DNA of 64,000 nt from Flavobacteriales bacterium (GTDB lineage: Bacteria > Bacteroidota > Bacteroidia > Palsa-965). The notes under the pieces were generated by a model. That model was not told the origin of the DNA, ran no database searches, and worked only from the letters and a program-made list of their open reading frames with translations. Below are positions 19,336 through 29,144 of the stretch, piece by piece (position 1 is the first letter of the stretch; the number at the start of each line of letters is the position of its first letter). The DNA is taken from the NCBI GenBank assembly GCA_040377305.1, contig JBEIPA010000002.1, positions 96,001-160,000 on the forward strand, written 5' to 3'. The translations under genes were made by a program, and so were the position numbers.

Positions 19336-20429
19336 TTTTTTATTTGTTCGAGCCTTGTAACAAGTTGAATGTTTTCTTCTGGTGTCCCTACAGTAATTCT
19401 AAGGCATCCTTCACACATCTCCACCTTCGATCTATCCCGCACCACAATCCCATTCTCCGCCAGAAAATCATACACACCTTTCGCATCATCCACTTTCACC
19501 AGCACAAAATTCGCATCACTCCCATAAATCTTCCTCACAAAAGCCAACTGCCCGAGCGCCTTCACCAACTTCTCTCTCTCCGCAACTGTTTCCTTAATCC
19601 ACGCATTCACCTGCTCAATATTCCCTAGCGCGTTCAACACTATTTCCTGCGCCGGACTTCCAATATTGTACGGAGGTTTAATTTTATTCATGATCTCCAC
19701 TATCGCTTCCGAAGCAAACAACATTCCCACTCTCACTCCCGCCAATCCCCACGCCTTCGAAAACGTTTGTAACACCACCAGATTCGGATACTCCGTCAGT
19801 TCAGAAATCATGGGCCGTTGCCGCGAATAATTCACATACGCTTCGTCCACTACAACCAATCCCTCGAAATTATTCAGGATAATTTCAATGTCTTCCCGAT
19901 TCATACTATTCCCCGTCGGATTATTCGGAGAACAAATCCAAATGATTTTCGTTTGATCGTCAACCGCCTCAGATATCTTCTCCACATCAAGCTGAAATTC
20001 CGCAGTGAGATTCACCTTGCGAACTTCAACATCATTAATATTCGCACTCACTTCGTACATACCATACGTCGGTGGAACAATGATCACATTGTCCTTCCCC
20101 GGATTACAAAACGCCCGATACAACAGATCAATCGCTTCATCACTGCCATTCCCAAGAAAAATGTTGTGAGCAGGAACACCTTTGATAAATGATATTTTCC
20201 CCTTCAACTCTTCCTGCAGCGGATCGGGATAACGGTTGTAGTTCGACTTGTCAGACTGAGCGGAGTCGAAGGCGGACAATGTCGTACCGAAGACTGGCAC
20301 CGGACTACCGAAACCATTCTCGTTCGCATCCAAATACACTTTCGCTTCTCCCGTAAACTCATGTCTCGCGGACGAGTATGGCTTCAGGTCTCGGATATTT
20401 TCTCTAACTATTTTATTTACGTCGAACAT
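19332..20429 (-). CDS. hisC: Histidinol-phosphate aminotransferase
   Basis: LDANEN, NRYPDP, GNGSDEAI, CSPNNPTG, DEAY, TFSKAWGLAGVRVG. Confidence 0.97.
   Translation of the reverse strand: MFDVNKIVRENIRDLKPYSSARHEFTGEAKVYLDANENGFGSPVPVFGTTLSAFDSAQSDKSNYNRYPDPLQEELKGKISFIKGVPAHNIFLGNGSDEAIDLLYRAFCNPGKDNVIIVPPTYGMYEVSANINDVEVRKVNLTAEFQLDVEKISEAVDDQTKIIWICSPNNPTGNSMNREDIEIILNNFEGLVVVDEAYVNYSRQRPMISELTEYPNLVVLQTFSKAWGLAGVRVGMLFASEAIVEIMNKIKPPYNIGSPAQEIVLNALGNIEQVNAWIKETVAEREKLVKALGQLAFVRKIYGSDANFVLVKVDDAKGVYDFLAENGIVVRDRSKVEMCEGCLRITVGTPEENIQLVTRLEQIKN
20248..20279 (-). repeat. 32-nt palindromic REP-like element inside hisC
   Basis: Coding-sense TTGTCCGCCTTCGACTCCGCTCAGTCTGACAA, encoding LSAFDSAQSDK. 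Confidence 0.85.
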
Positions 20430-20501
20430 ATTCCTTGAACATTGAACATCGTGCGTTGAACATTGAGCGTTTCATTCGAGTGCCCACCCACACCACCCTC
20501 C

Positions 20502-20528
20502 ATCGGCATATCGGCATATTGGCACATC
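20502..20528. repeat. ATCGGCAY octamer array x3
   Basis: Same unit as the arrays at 7532 and 27886, here in the hisD-hisC spacer. Confidence 0.8.
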
Positions 20529-20533
20529 ACTTC

Positions 20534-21814
20534 CTACTGTTGTTTCATCCGTATCGAGACCGCATTTCGGTGCGCCAGTAACCCTTCCGCCTCCGCCATC
20601 ACCTCCACAGTCCTCGCAATTTGCGAAAGTCCTTCTCTCGTCAGCTTTTGAAACGTAATCTTTTTCACAAACGAATCTACGGAAACTCCGCTCCATCCTT
20701 TTGCATTTCCACTGGTTGGCAGTGTGTGATTTGTTCCTGTAGCGTAGTCCCCAGCACTCTCGGGCGACCATTCTCCAATGAAAACACTGCCCGCATTCAC
20801 AACACGTGTACTCAAGAGCTCCGCGCGATCACACGCAAGAATCAAGTGCTCCGGTGCGTATTCGTTCAGCAATTCAATTCCTTGTTCAGCAGTTTGTACA
20901 AGAATCGCAAGACTGTTCTCGAGCGACTTCGTGGCAAATTCATTCCTAAGCAACCCTGACAGCTGAAATTCAATTTGCGCGCGCACATCTTCAATCACCT
21001 TTTTGCTTGTGCTCACCAACACAACCTGACTATCCGCACCGTGCTCGCATTGTGAAAGCAAATCAGCAGCAACAAAAGCCGGATTCACACGCTCATCTGC
21101 AAACACCGCAAGTTCAGAAGGACCTGCAGGCATATCAATCGGAAATCCATCCTTCGCAATCAACTGCTTCGCCATCGTAACCCACGAATTTCCCGGACCA
21201 AATATTTTGTACACCGGAGAAATAGTTTGTGTTCCATAACGCATTGCTGCAATGGCCTGCGCTCCTCCGATTTTGTAAATTTCTGTTACACCACACTCAC
21301 TCGCTGCATATAAAATGGCAGGATTAATATTTCCATTTTTATCTGGCGGTGTACACAAGATAATTCGTTTACAGCCGGCTATCGATGCAGGAATCGCGAG
21401 CATGAGCACCGTAGAAAACAATGGCGCAGTTCCGCCCGGAATATAAAGTCCTACTGATTCTATGGGAACACTTTTTCTCCACACACGAATGCCAGGCATT
21501 GTCTCCATCGAGTCTTCAGGACAAATCACAAACTTGTGAAACTTGCGAATGTTCTCCGATGCAATCTTAATTGCCAGTTTCAACTCCGGTTTAATCTGCG
21601 CCCTTGCAGCTTCAATCTCCGCTGTTGAAACACGAATGGAATCCAGATTTACTTTATCTATTTGGGAAGTTAGTTCGGCAACCGCTACATCACCTCTCTG
21701 AGCCACATCGTTGAGGATACGCAACACCTGTTCTTCTGTTGCCGAAGAAGCCGTTTTCGGACGAACAAATAATTCTCTCCAGCTTGTTCGCTCTGGAAAT
21801 TCTACATATTTCAT
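20534..21814 (-). CDS. hisD: Histidinol dehydrogenase
   Basis: GLYIPGG, KIFGPGN, IDMPAGPSE, DLLSQCEH, APEHL, GDYATGTNHTLPT. Confidence 0.97.
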   Translation of the reverse strand: MKYVEFPERTSWRELFVRPKTASSATEEQVLRILNDVAQRGDVAVAELTSQIDKVNLDSIRVSTAEIEAARAQIKPELKLAIKIASENIRKFHKFVICPEDSMETMPGIRVWRKSVPIESVGLYIPGGTAPLFSTVLMLAIPASIAGCKRIILCTPPDKNGNINPAILYAASECGVTEIYKIGGAQAIAAMRYGTQTISPVYKIFGPGNSWVTMAKQLIAKDGFPIDMPAGPSELAVFADERVNPAFVAADLLSQCEHGADSQVVLVSTSKKVIEDVRAQIEFQLSGLLRNEFATKSLENSLAILVQTAEQGIELLNEYAPEHLILACDRAELLSTRVVNAGSVFIGEWSPESAGDYATGTNHTLPTSGNAKGWSGVSVDSFVKKITFQKLTREGLSQIARTVEVMAEAEGLLAHRNAVSIRMKQQ

Positions 21815-22665
21815 ATCACCATCTTTTCAATCGGTACAACCAAAATTCCTTGCGCACCTTCATCGCGAAGGTTTTCGATAATTTCCCAAAACTGATTTTC
21901 TTCAATCACCGAGTGGACAGAGCTCCAGCCTTCCTCCGCCAGCGGCAAGATTGTCGGACTCTTCATTCCGGGAATCAAGGAACAGATTTTCTCCAGCTTA
22001 TCATTCGGCGCATTCAATAAAACATACTTGTTGCTTTTCGCTTTTCGTACAGCGCGCATGCGAAACAACAAACGATCAATAATCTTGTTCGCCTCTGCAT
22101 CACATTTTCCGCTGATCAATACAGCCTGAGAATGCATCACCGTTTCCACTTCCTTCAATCCATTCGAGAAAAGTGTACTTCCGCTACTCACGATGTCACA
22201 AATAGCATCTGCCAATCCAATGCCCGGTGCTATTTCTACTGAACCACTAATCGGTGTGATCTGTGCATTCACGAACTTCTCGTCCAAAAACTTCTGCAAC
22301 ACGTTGCTGTAAGTTGTTGCAATTCTTGACCCGGAAAGATCATTCACACCAGTATAGTTCTTCTCCTTCGGTACAGCAATACTCAACCTGCACTTGCCAA
22401 AGCCAAGCTTCTCCGTAATAGTCACATCCGCCGTCGATTCAACAAGGACGTTCTCCCCAACTATTCCAATATCTGCAACGCCCTGTTCCACATACTTCGG
22501 AATATCATCATCACGCAGAAACAAAACCTCCATCGGGAAATTAATCGCCGCCGATTTCAGTTTATTCATTCCGTTTTCGAATTCAACTCCACATTCCTTC
22601 AGCAATCGAATCGACTCTTCATTAAGCCGACCTGATTTCTGTATTGCTATTCTGATTTTTTTCAT
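21811..22665 (-). CDS. hisG: ATP phosphoribosyltransferase (long form)
   Basis: IAIQKSGRL, RDDDIP, GSVEIAPGIGLADAICD, and the C-terminal regulatory domain PGMKSPT. Confidence 0.97.
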   Translation of the reverse strand: MKKIRIAIQKSGRLNEESIRLLKECGVEFENGMNKLKSAAINFPMEVLFLRDDDIPKYVEQGVADIGIVGENVLVESTADVTITEKLGFGKCRLSIAVPKEKNYTGVNDLSGSRIATTYSNVLQKFLDEKFVNAQITPISGSVEIAPGIGLADAICDIVSSGSTLFSNGLKEVETVMHSQAVLISGKCDAEANKIIDRLLFRMRAVRKAKSNKYVLLNAPNDKLEKICSLIPGMKSPTILPLAEEGWSSVHSVIEENQFWEIIENLRDEGAQGILVVPIEKMVI

Positions 22666-22717
22666 CTTATTATAGATTTGCTCTGCGTCGCCGCGTCGCC
22701 GCGCCGCTGCGGTAAAC

Positions 22718-22746
22718 GAAAAAGGGCCTGCAAAACTGCAAGCCCT
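22718..22746 (-). terminator. his attenuator terminator
   Basis: mRNA AGGGCUUGCA-GUUU-UGCAGGCCCUUUUU. The 5' arm GCUUGCAG can instead pair with CUGCAAGC at the end of the leader. Confidence 0.88.
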
Positions 22747-22771
22747 CGAGTATAGTCATAGACACAATTCC

Positions 22772-22828
22772 TCAAAGCTTGCAGTGATGCAGCATATGAT
22801 GATGGAAAGTTGTCTTGTTCATGTTCAT
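22772..22828 (-). CDS. his operon leader peptide MNMNKTTFHHHMLHHCKL
   Basis: 18 codons including 5 His, between a consensus promoter and the terminator upstream of hisG. Confidence 0.9.
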   Translation of the reverse strand: MNMNKTTFHHHMLHHCKL

Positions 22829-22833
22829 GATGG

Positions 22834-22866
22834 CAAATGTATAAAAGTTTTAGTACGTCACACAAA
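22834..22866 (-). promoter_or_regulatory. his promoter (-33 TTTG, 21-nt spacer, -7 TACATTTG)
   Basis: Forward-strand caaatgta at 22834-22841 and caaa at 22863-22866. Confidence 0.75.
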
Positions 22867-22932
22867 TTTTATGACTGCGATCATGTGTCAGTGTATTGTC
22901 TGAGCGTATATTTACCCTACAAAATCGCTGAA

Positions 22933-23820
22933 ATGAACAAAATCTACATCCTCGCACTCGTCGCTATAACTGCATTCTCATTCAAAGGAGAAGACAAACC
23001 TGCTTACCAGCTCTTCACTGCTGATGGAAAGAAAACCTCTTATTCAGCTCTTCTTGCTGAAGCACAAAAGGCCGACATCGTTCTCTTCGGTGAACTGCAC
23101 GACAATCCGATTGCGCATTGGCTGGAACTGGAACTCACGAAAGATCTTCACAAAACCTGGGGCGCTACCACTGTGATGGGAGCTGAAATGTTTGAAGCTG
23201 ATAATCAAACCGGCCTCAACATGTACCTCGAAGGAAAAATTGCAGACACTTCATTACGCAAAGTGGTTCGTCTCTGGCCGAATTACGAAACAGATTATCG
23301 TCCACTCGTTGATTTCGCGAAAGAGAATAAGATTCCGTTTATCGCTACGAACACGCCGCGTAAATATGCGAGCAAAGTTTACATGGGAGGGTTCGAAGCG
23401 CTCGAACCACTTGATGATTCGGTAAAACGTTGGTTCGCACCGCTACCAATTCCTTACGATAGCAACGAACGTGCGTACAAAGAAATTTTCGCGAATAGCG
23501 GTGGTCACAACGGACAGAATCTTCCGAAGTCACAGGCACTGAAAGACGCAACAATGGGTTGGTTCATTTCGAAGAACTGGTCGCCAGGAAAACACTTCAT
23601 TCATTTCCACGGATCATACCATAGCGACAACCGTTCAGCAATTACATGGTATTTGCGGAAGTACATCATAAACATTGCGATGAAAGCATCTGATATTCGC
23701 CCTCGCGTATTGGTGATTTCAACCGTACTGCAAAGTGAACTGGGAACACTGAACGCCGAAGAGAAAGGCAAAGGAGATTTTGTTCTGTGCATTCCGGAAT
23801 CGATGACGAGAACGTATTGA
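22933..23820 (+). CDS. ChaN-family (haem-binding uptake / Tiki superfamily) protein
   Basis: DIVLFGELHD, GAEMFE, LWPNYETDYRPL, QALKDATMG, HGSYHSD. The start was moved to ATG 22933 to give a signal peptide. Confidence 0.85.
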   Translation: MNKIYILALVAITAFSFKGEDKPAYQLFTADGKKTSYSALLAEAQKADIVLFGELHDNPIAHWLELELTKDLHKTWGATTVMGAEMFEADNQTGLNMYLEGKIADTSLRKVVRLWPNYETDYRPLVDFAKENKIPFIATNTPRKYASKVYMGGFEALEPLDDSVKRWFAPLPIPYDSNERAYKEIFANSGGHNGQNLPKSQALKDATMGWFISKNWSPGKHFIHFHGSYHSDNRSAITWYLRKYIINIAMKASDIRPRVLVISTVLQSELGTLNAEEKGKGDFVLCIPESMTRTY

Positions 23821-23824
23821 GTGG

Positions 23825-23862
23825 TCAGACCTTAAAGGTTTCAAAATACCTTTAAGGTCTGA
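23825..23862. repeat. REP-like palindrome / bidirectional terminator between convergent genes
   Basis: TCAGACCTTAAAGGT-ttcaaaat-ACCTTTAAGGTCTGA, a perfect 15-bp stem. Confidence 0.8.
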
Positions 23863-23865
23863 ATA

Positions 23866-25794
23866 CTATAACCCATCGAGCTCGCCCTGGATATCTTCCC
23901 AACGTTTCATCTCTTCCTCAAGATCAACTTTCAGCTTTTCGTATTGCTGATACTTGGCCTTGTCATTCACCAGCTCGTTATAACGATTCGGATCACCAAG
24001 TATCGCGTCGAATTCTGCAATCTTCCTTTCAAGTTCAGTAACTTTCTTCTCGCAATTTACAAGTTGCGTTTTAAGCGTACGCTGCTTGTGTTCCTTCTCT
24101 TTCTTCTCCGCCTCAGATGCTGAAACAGGAACTTGTGCTTTAGGAGTAGGAATCGTTGGATTCGCTTTTTCAATTGTCCGGAAATCCTCTGCTTTTTTCG
24201 CAAGCAGGAATTCCTGTACATCACCAATGTACGGTTTCACATTTCCGTCTTTGAACTCGAATGTTTTGTTGGTGAGTCCGGCAAGAAAATCACGATCGTG
24301 AGAAACAATAATCAATGTTCCATCGAAATTCATCAACGCTTGTTTCAATACGTCTTTCGAACGTAAGTCAAGGTGATTCGTTGGCTCATCGAGAATCAGA
24401 AGATTGCGCGGCTTCAGAAGCAGGCGACACAATGCAAGTCGTGTACGCTCTCCACCGGAAAGCACTTTCACTTTCTTATCAATAGAATCTCCGGAGAATA
24501 GAAACGATCCGAGAATTCCACGAACCTGTTTACGAACATCACCCACTGCCTGCTCATCAATCGTTTCGAAAACCGTTTTGTTCCCGTCCAGATTGTCTGC
24601 ATCATCCTGCGCGAAGTATCCTACTTCAACACTGAATCCGGGTTTTGCTATGCCCGAAGAGGTTTTCTCGCCCATGATCATACGCACCATGGTCGATTTT
24701 CCTTCTCCGTTCTTTCCTACGAATGCAACTTTGTCCTCACGTTCAATGTGAAAACTCACATTCCTCAGAATAGATTTTCCGTCGTAGTCTTTGTAACACT
24801 GATCTGCTTCTACAACTACTTTACCTGAACGAGGAGCTGGCGGAAAACGGAAACGCAAAGCCATGGTATCTTCATCATCTACTTCGATAATGTCCATGCG
24901 ATCGAGTTTCTTTATCAACGACTGTGCAAAGGAAGCCTTGCTCGCCTTCGCACGGAACTGATCAATCAACTTCTCTGTTTTCTCGATTTCACGCTGCTGG
25001 TTTTTCGCAGCCGCTATTTGCGTATCGCGACGCTCTTTGCGAAGCTCCAGGTATTTTGAATAATTCGCTTTGTAATCGTGCAGCTTCCCGAGAGAAATTT
25101 CACACGTGCGATTCGTAATGTTATCCAGAAACTGTCTGTCGTGCGATACAAGTACAACACAACCTTCGTACGTCTTCAGAAATTCCTCCAACCACATAAT
25201 CGACTCAATGTCGAGGTGGTTCGTAGGCTCATCCAGCAACAACACATCCGGGCGACGCAAAACAAGTTTGGCAAGTTCAACACGCATTCTCCATCCACCG
25301 CTGAATTCATCCATCAAACGATGAAGATCCCCGTGCTTGAAGCCAAGACCTCGCAGTACTTGCTCAATCTGTCCTTCCAAAGAAGTTCCGCCCAACATGT
25401 TGATGCGCTCACTTGCTTCAGTAAGTCTCGTAATGAGATCCATGTACGAATCAGTTTCGTAATCCGTACGTGTCTCGAGCTCTTTCGTGATGTCAACTAC
25501 ACGTTTCTCCATCTCACGTAATTCCGCAAACGCAGAAGCCGCTTCATCATACACAGTCTTACCCATGTTGTGTTGCATATCCTGCGCGAGATAACCGATC
25601 GTGCAACCATTCGGCATTCCGATGTCGCACGTATCTGCTTTCTGCAAGCCTGCAATAATTTTGAGCAGCGTAGATTTACCCGCTCCGTTCTTTCCAGCCA
25701 AACCAATCCGATCTCTCTGATTGATCATGAATGAAATACCGTCGTACAGCGTAAACCCGCCGAATGTTACTGTTAAGTTGCTTACCGAAATCAC
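23866..25794 (-). CDS. ABC-F family ATP-binding protein
   Basis: Two ABC domains (GKNGAGKS/FSGGW/LDEPTNHLD and GKNGEGKS/LSGGE), no TM segments, C-terminal coiled coil. Confidence 0.95.
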   Translation of the reverse strand: MISVSNLTVTFGGFTLYDGISFMINQRDRIGLAGKNGAGKSTLLKIIAGLQKADTCDIGMPNGCTIGYLAQDMQHNMGKTVYDEAASAFAELREMEKRVVDITKELETRTDYETDSYMDLITRLTEASERINMLGGTSLEGQIEQVLRGLGFKHGDLHRLMDEFSGGWRMRVELAKLVLRRPDVLLLDEPTNHLDIESIMWLEEFLKTYEGCVVLVSHDRQFLDNITNRTCEISLGKLHDYKANYSKYLELRKERRDTQIAAAKNQQREIEKTEKLIDQFRAKASKASFAQSLIKKLDRMDIIEVDDEDTMALRFRFPPAPRSGKVVVEADQCYKDYDGKSILRNVSFHIEREDKVAFVGKNGEGKSTMVRMIMGEKTSSGIAKPGFSVEVGYFAQDDADNLDGNKTVFETIDEQAVGDVRKQVRGILGSFLFSGDSIDKKVKVLSGGERTRLALCRLLLKPRNLLILDEPTNHLDLRSKDVLKQALMNFDGTLIIVSHDRDFLAGLTNKTFEFKDGNVKPYIGDVQEFLLAKKAEDFRTIEKANPTIPTPKAQVPVSASEAEKKEKEHKQRTLKTQLVNCEKKVTELERKIAEFDAILGDPNRYNELVNDKAKYQQYEKLKVDLEEEMKRWEDIQGELDGL

Positions 25795-25939
25795 GGCGCA
25801 AAAGTACTAAAAACAGTAGGCAGTCCGGCAGTAGTGTAGTAGACAGTATCGTCAGAAAGCATAGATTTCCCGACGAAATTCACGCTTTTGGGTTAAAGGA
25901 CTTAGAACCCAGAACTTAGAACCGTTAACTTAGCGTTCC

Positions 25940-27082
25940 GTGCTCAAAAAACCCAACATCTGGTGGATTCTATTAGGCGTTCTCGCCTTCCTCACCCTGG
26001 CCTATTTCATCCGCGGGATTTTGTTGTACATCATCATTGCAGCTATCCTCACAATGATTCTGCGTCCGCTGGATAAAAAACTGGAGCGGGTTCGGATTGG
26101 CAAATGGGGAAAACTGCCTCGCGCCGTCCGGGCAATTACGTGTCTGCTGGTGGTTTACGTTATCGTCGTGTTGTTCATCTCGATCTTCATACCGCTAATC
26201 GTAAATGAAATCAACATCATTTCCAACGTAGATAATGCTCAGTTGACGAAAGCACTGCATGAACCAATTGCACAACTCGAACAGCTCTTCGCGAACTTCC
26301 AGCAGAACCAGGCTCAACAGGTAACGCTCGAGCAATACACCCAAACTTATCTCACCGAGCTTCTGAACGTAACGCAGGTTTCTTCGCTTGCGAATGGCGT
26401 TGTTTCTATCATCGGCAGTCTGCTCATTGCATTCTTCGCAATTTCATTTTTCACCTTCTTCTTCATTAAGGATGGTGAAGTAATCATGCACATGCTGTTG
26501 CTTCTCATTCCGCAGAACAAAGTGAAAAGCATCCGGAATATTATTCGCGATACGCAAACAATGCTCACCAAATATTTCACCGGGGTGCTAATCGATGTCG
26601 TTTTCGTTTCTGCATTCGTAAGTATTGGAATGGCAATCCTCGGTGTCCAAAACGCGCTCATCATCGGCCTCTTCGCCGGTGTAATGAACATCATTCCGTA
26701 CGTTGGACCATTGATTGGCGGTACGTTTGCGATCATTGTTGGAATTTCCACCAACCTTACGCTCGATTTCTACGACGGCATGCTTCCGCTCGCGATAAAA
26801 ATATTCCTGGTGTTTGTAGCCATGAATTTGACCGACGGATTTCTGGTGCAACCATACATTTTCAGTAAACGGGTGCGCGCACATCCGCTCGAAATTTTCA
26901 CGGTGATTCTCATCGCAGGTTCACTCGCCGGAATTGGCGGAATGGTCGCAGCTGTTCCGGTGTACACGGTATTACGGATTATTCTTCGGGAGTATCTCAC
27001 CAACTCCCGCTTCGTACAAAAACTCACGGATGAAATGGACGATGCAACTCCTGATCATCCGGAATCCAATGCACAGCTATGA
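25940..27082 (+). CDS. AI-2E family transporter
   Basis: Multi-pass membrane protein with NIIPYVGP, QPYIFS, HPL, GGMVAAVP. Confidence 0.92.
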   Translation: MLKKPNIWWILLGVLAFLTLAYFIRGILLYIIIAAILTMILRPLDKKLERVRIGKWGKLPRAVRAITCLLVVYVIVVLFISIFIPLIVNEINIISNVDNAQLTKALHEPIAQLEQLFANFQQNQAQQVTLEQYTQTYLTELLNVTQVSSLANGVVSIIGSLLIAFFAISFFTFFFIKDGEVIMHMLLLLIPQNKVKSIRNIIRDTQTMLTKYFTGVLIDVVFVSAFVSIGMAILGVQNALIIGLFAGVMNIIPYVGPLIGGTFAIIVGISTNLTLDFYDGMLPLAIKIFLVFVAMNLTDGFLVQPYIFSKRVRAHPLEIFTVILIAGSLAGIGGMVAAVPVYTVLRIILREYLTNSRFVQKLTDEMDDATPDHPESNAQL

Positions 27083-27741
27083 TTCAGAAGTCTACACTCG
27101 ATTTTCTCCGCGCACTGAAGAAGAACAATAACCGCGACTGGTTTGAAAAGAACCGTGCGAAATACGAAGCTGCTAAAGACGATGTACAGAAGAACGTAGA
27201 ACAGATTCTGGTTGCAGTTCGTTCCTTCGACAAACGCATTCCTGCCGACATGGAAGCACGGAAATGTATGTTCCGCATCTACCGCGATGTTCGTTTTTCG
27301 AAAGACAAGCGTCCTTATAAGAACAACATCGGTGCACACATTCAGCCCGGCGGAAAGAAAGAATTCGGTTGTGGTTACTATACGCACATCGAAGCCGGCG
27401 GAGCATTTCTCGCTGGAGGAATCTGGCAACCACCGGCACCCGAACTCGCGAAAATTCGTCAGGAAATCGATTACAACTTTGATGAATTTAAAAAGATCAT
27501 CAACGCGAAAGAATTCAAGAAGTATTTCAAAACCTTAGATCAGGCCGACAAACTCGTCACTGCACCGAAAGGTTATCCGAAAGATCATCCTGCAATCGAA
27601 TTTCTCAAACTGAAAACGTTCGTGTGTGTTGCGGAACTTTCCGACAAAGACGTTACTTCGAAAACGTATCAGAAGAAAGTCAAAGAAATTTTCAAGGCGA
27701 TGTTGCCGTTGAATTTATTTCTGCAGAGAGCGCTGGATTAG
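27079..27741 (+). CDS. DUF2461 family protein
   Basis: FLRALKKNNNRDWF, FRIYRDVRFSKDKRPYK, PKGYPKDHP. Confidence 0.93.
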   Translation: MIQKSTLDFLRALKKNNNRDWFEKNRAKYEAAKDDVQKNVEQILVAVRSFDKRIPADMEARKCMFRIYRDVRFSKDKRPYKNNIGAHIQPGGKKEFGCGYYTHIEAGGAFLAGGIWQPPAPELAKIRQEIDYNFDEFKKIINAKEFKKYFKTLDQADKLVTAPKGYPKDHPAIEFLKLKTFVCVAELSDKDVTSKTYQKKVKEIFKAMLPLNLFLQRALD

Positions 27742-27885
27742 ATCGGAGTTGGGAGATCGGAGACGGGAGTAAAATCCGGATCAGCGCGGAGACTGGAAGA
27801 ACGAGCTAGTAACGAAGGGAAATTTAACGTCCTATTCTCATCCTTCCCTACTCCGCTCTGATGGCTACTGCTAACACCAAACACA

Positions 27886-27938
27886 ATCGGCATATCGGCA
27901 CATCGGCACATCGGCATATCGGCATATCGGCACATCAG
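27886..27938. repeat. Tandem octamer array ATCGGCAY x6
   Basis: Six contiguous units read directly. Confidence 0.95.
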
Positions 27939-28016
27939 TTCCCGGTCTTAAGCGATACGTGCTTTTATGTGCTCACCGAAATCAAGCGAACAACAACCCG
28001 CTTCAGTTGATGCAAA

Positions 28017-28964
28017 CTAGTAGTGCCACAAATCATGCTCCGTATTCATAATATCTTCTTTGATTGCTTCCGACTCCAGCAGTGCATCAAGTCCGCCGGT
28101 ATAGGCATTGATCGGACGATCGTACACATTCGTTTCCTTGTGAATGTAACTGCCGAAAAATCGCTTCTGAAACATATCGTCGTAAGTCAAACGTTGTGCA
28201 TTGTTTTGACCGATATAAACTTCGTGACGCACCAACAGCGGACGTATTTGCGGAAAGTAAATCCAGAACAGCGGCATGAATCCAAGTACTTCACCTGTTG
28301 ATGGATCTGTTTTTTCTTTCAGCGGACACAATCCGATAATGCGAACATCCATCACCGAGCGTTGTTTGTCGAAGAACCAATCTTCTTTCACCCAGTAGGC
28401 TTTGATATGTGTGCTCTCAATTGGATTCTCAATCGTATCCGTAATCCATGTGCCGGGATTGTTCGGATCTTCCACCTGAATAATTTCGAACGGAAGCAAC
28501 AGTTCTTTCACTGCAGGAATGCTCATCGGCACTTTGAATTCATCATCCATCGTCGGATTGTCGAATGCGGTGATACAACCATAGAGAATTCCTCCTTTGA
28601 TGATATCGAACAAACTCGCGAGTCCTCCGTGCGGTGTTTCCGGATAGTAGTACGGATGATTCATCTTCTCGCGCAAATCAATCGTGCGCCAGATTCGTTT
28701 CGACCACATCACATCGGCTTCACGCAGATACGGATATGGAATCACACGACGATCATCGCTCGCACGTGGTCCGGATGGTGCACCCGGATCGAGAATCGTT
28801 CCTTCTTTCGGTGGACAGGGATTGTAGGGTTGTGCACACACCCGCGTAAATGCGAAGAGTGCACCGAAGAACATGAGCAGCTTGAAGAACACACTGATTT
28901 CATGAATCAGGAATTCGTAGAAGCTGTTTGTACGCGGGCGGTGTTTCTGGACAGGTGGGTACAT
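28017..28964 (-). CDS. gldN: Gliding motility GldN/PorN paralog 3
   Basis: [47 protein letters not shown]. Confidence 0.9.
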   Translation of the reverse strand: MYPPVQKHRPRTNSFYEFLIHEISVFFKLLMFFGALFAFTRVCAQPYNPCPPKEGTILDPGAPSGPRASDDRRVIPYPYLREADVMWSKRIWRTIDLREKMNHPYYYPETPHGGLASLFDIIKGGILYGCITAFDNPTMDDEFKVPMSIPAVKELLLPFEIIQVEDPNNPGTWITDTIENPIESTHIKAYWVKEDWFFDKQRSVMDVRIIGLCPLKEKTDPSTGEVLGFMPLFWIYFPQIRPLLVRHEVYIGQNNAQRLTYDDMFQKRFFGSYIHKETNVYDRPINAYTGGLDALLESEAIKEDIMNTEHDLWHY

Positions 28965-29144
28965 AAGATACTCCTCTCGTTTTTTAGATTGTTACTTGAC
29001 CGCGTAACGTTTTGCATGATTCAGTTTTTTGGAACCTGTATAAACAAACGCGTGCTACCCGCGCTTTAGTATGCTCACTCTAAAAACAAGAGGAGAAACA
29101 ACCCATGCTGCTTCTCGCTCCTGTCCGCAAAAACACGACTTACC

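Noticed and set aside
22662-22865. 67-aa ORF upstream of hisG
   Set aside because: It begins within the promoter and runs through the attenuator terminator; the His-rich leader in another frame explains the region.
27738-27935. 65-aa ORF MCRYADMPMCRCADMP...
   Set aside because: It is a translation of the ATCGGCAY array and neighbouring repeats.
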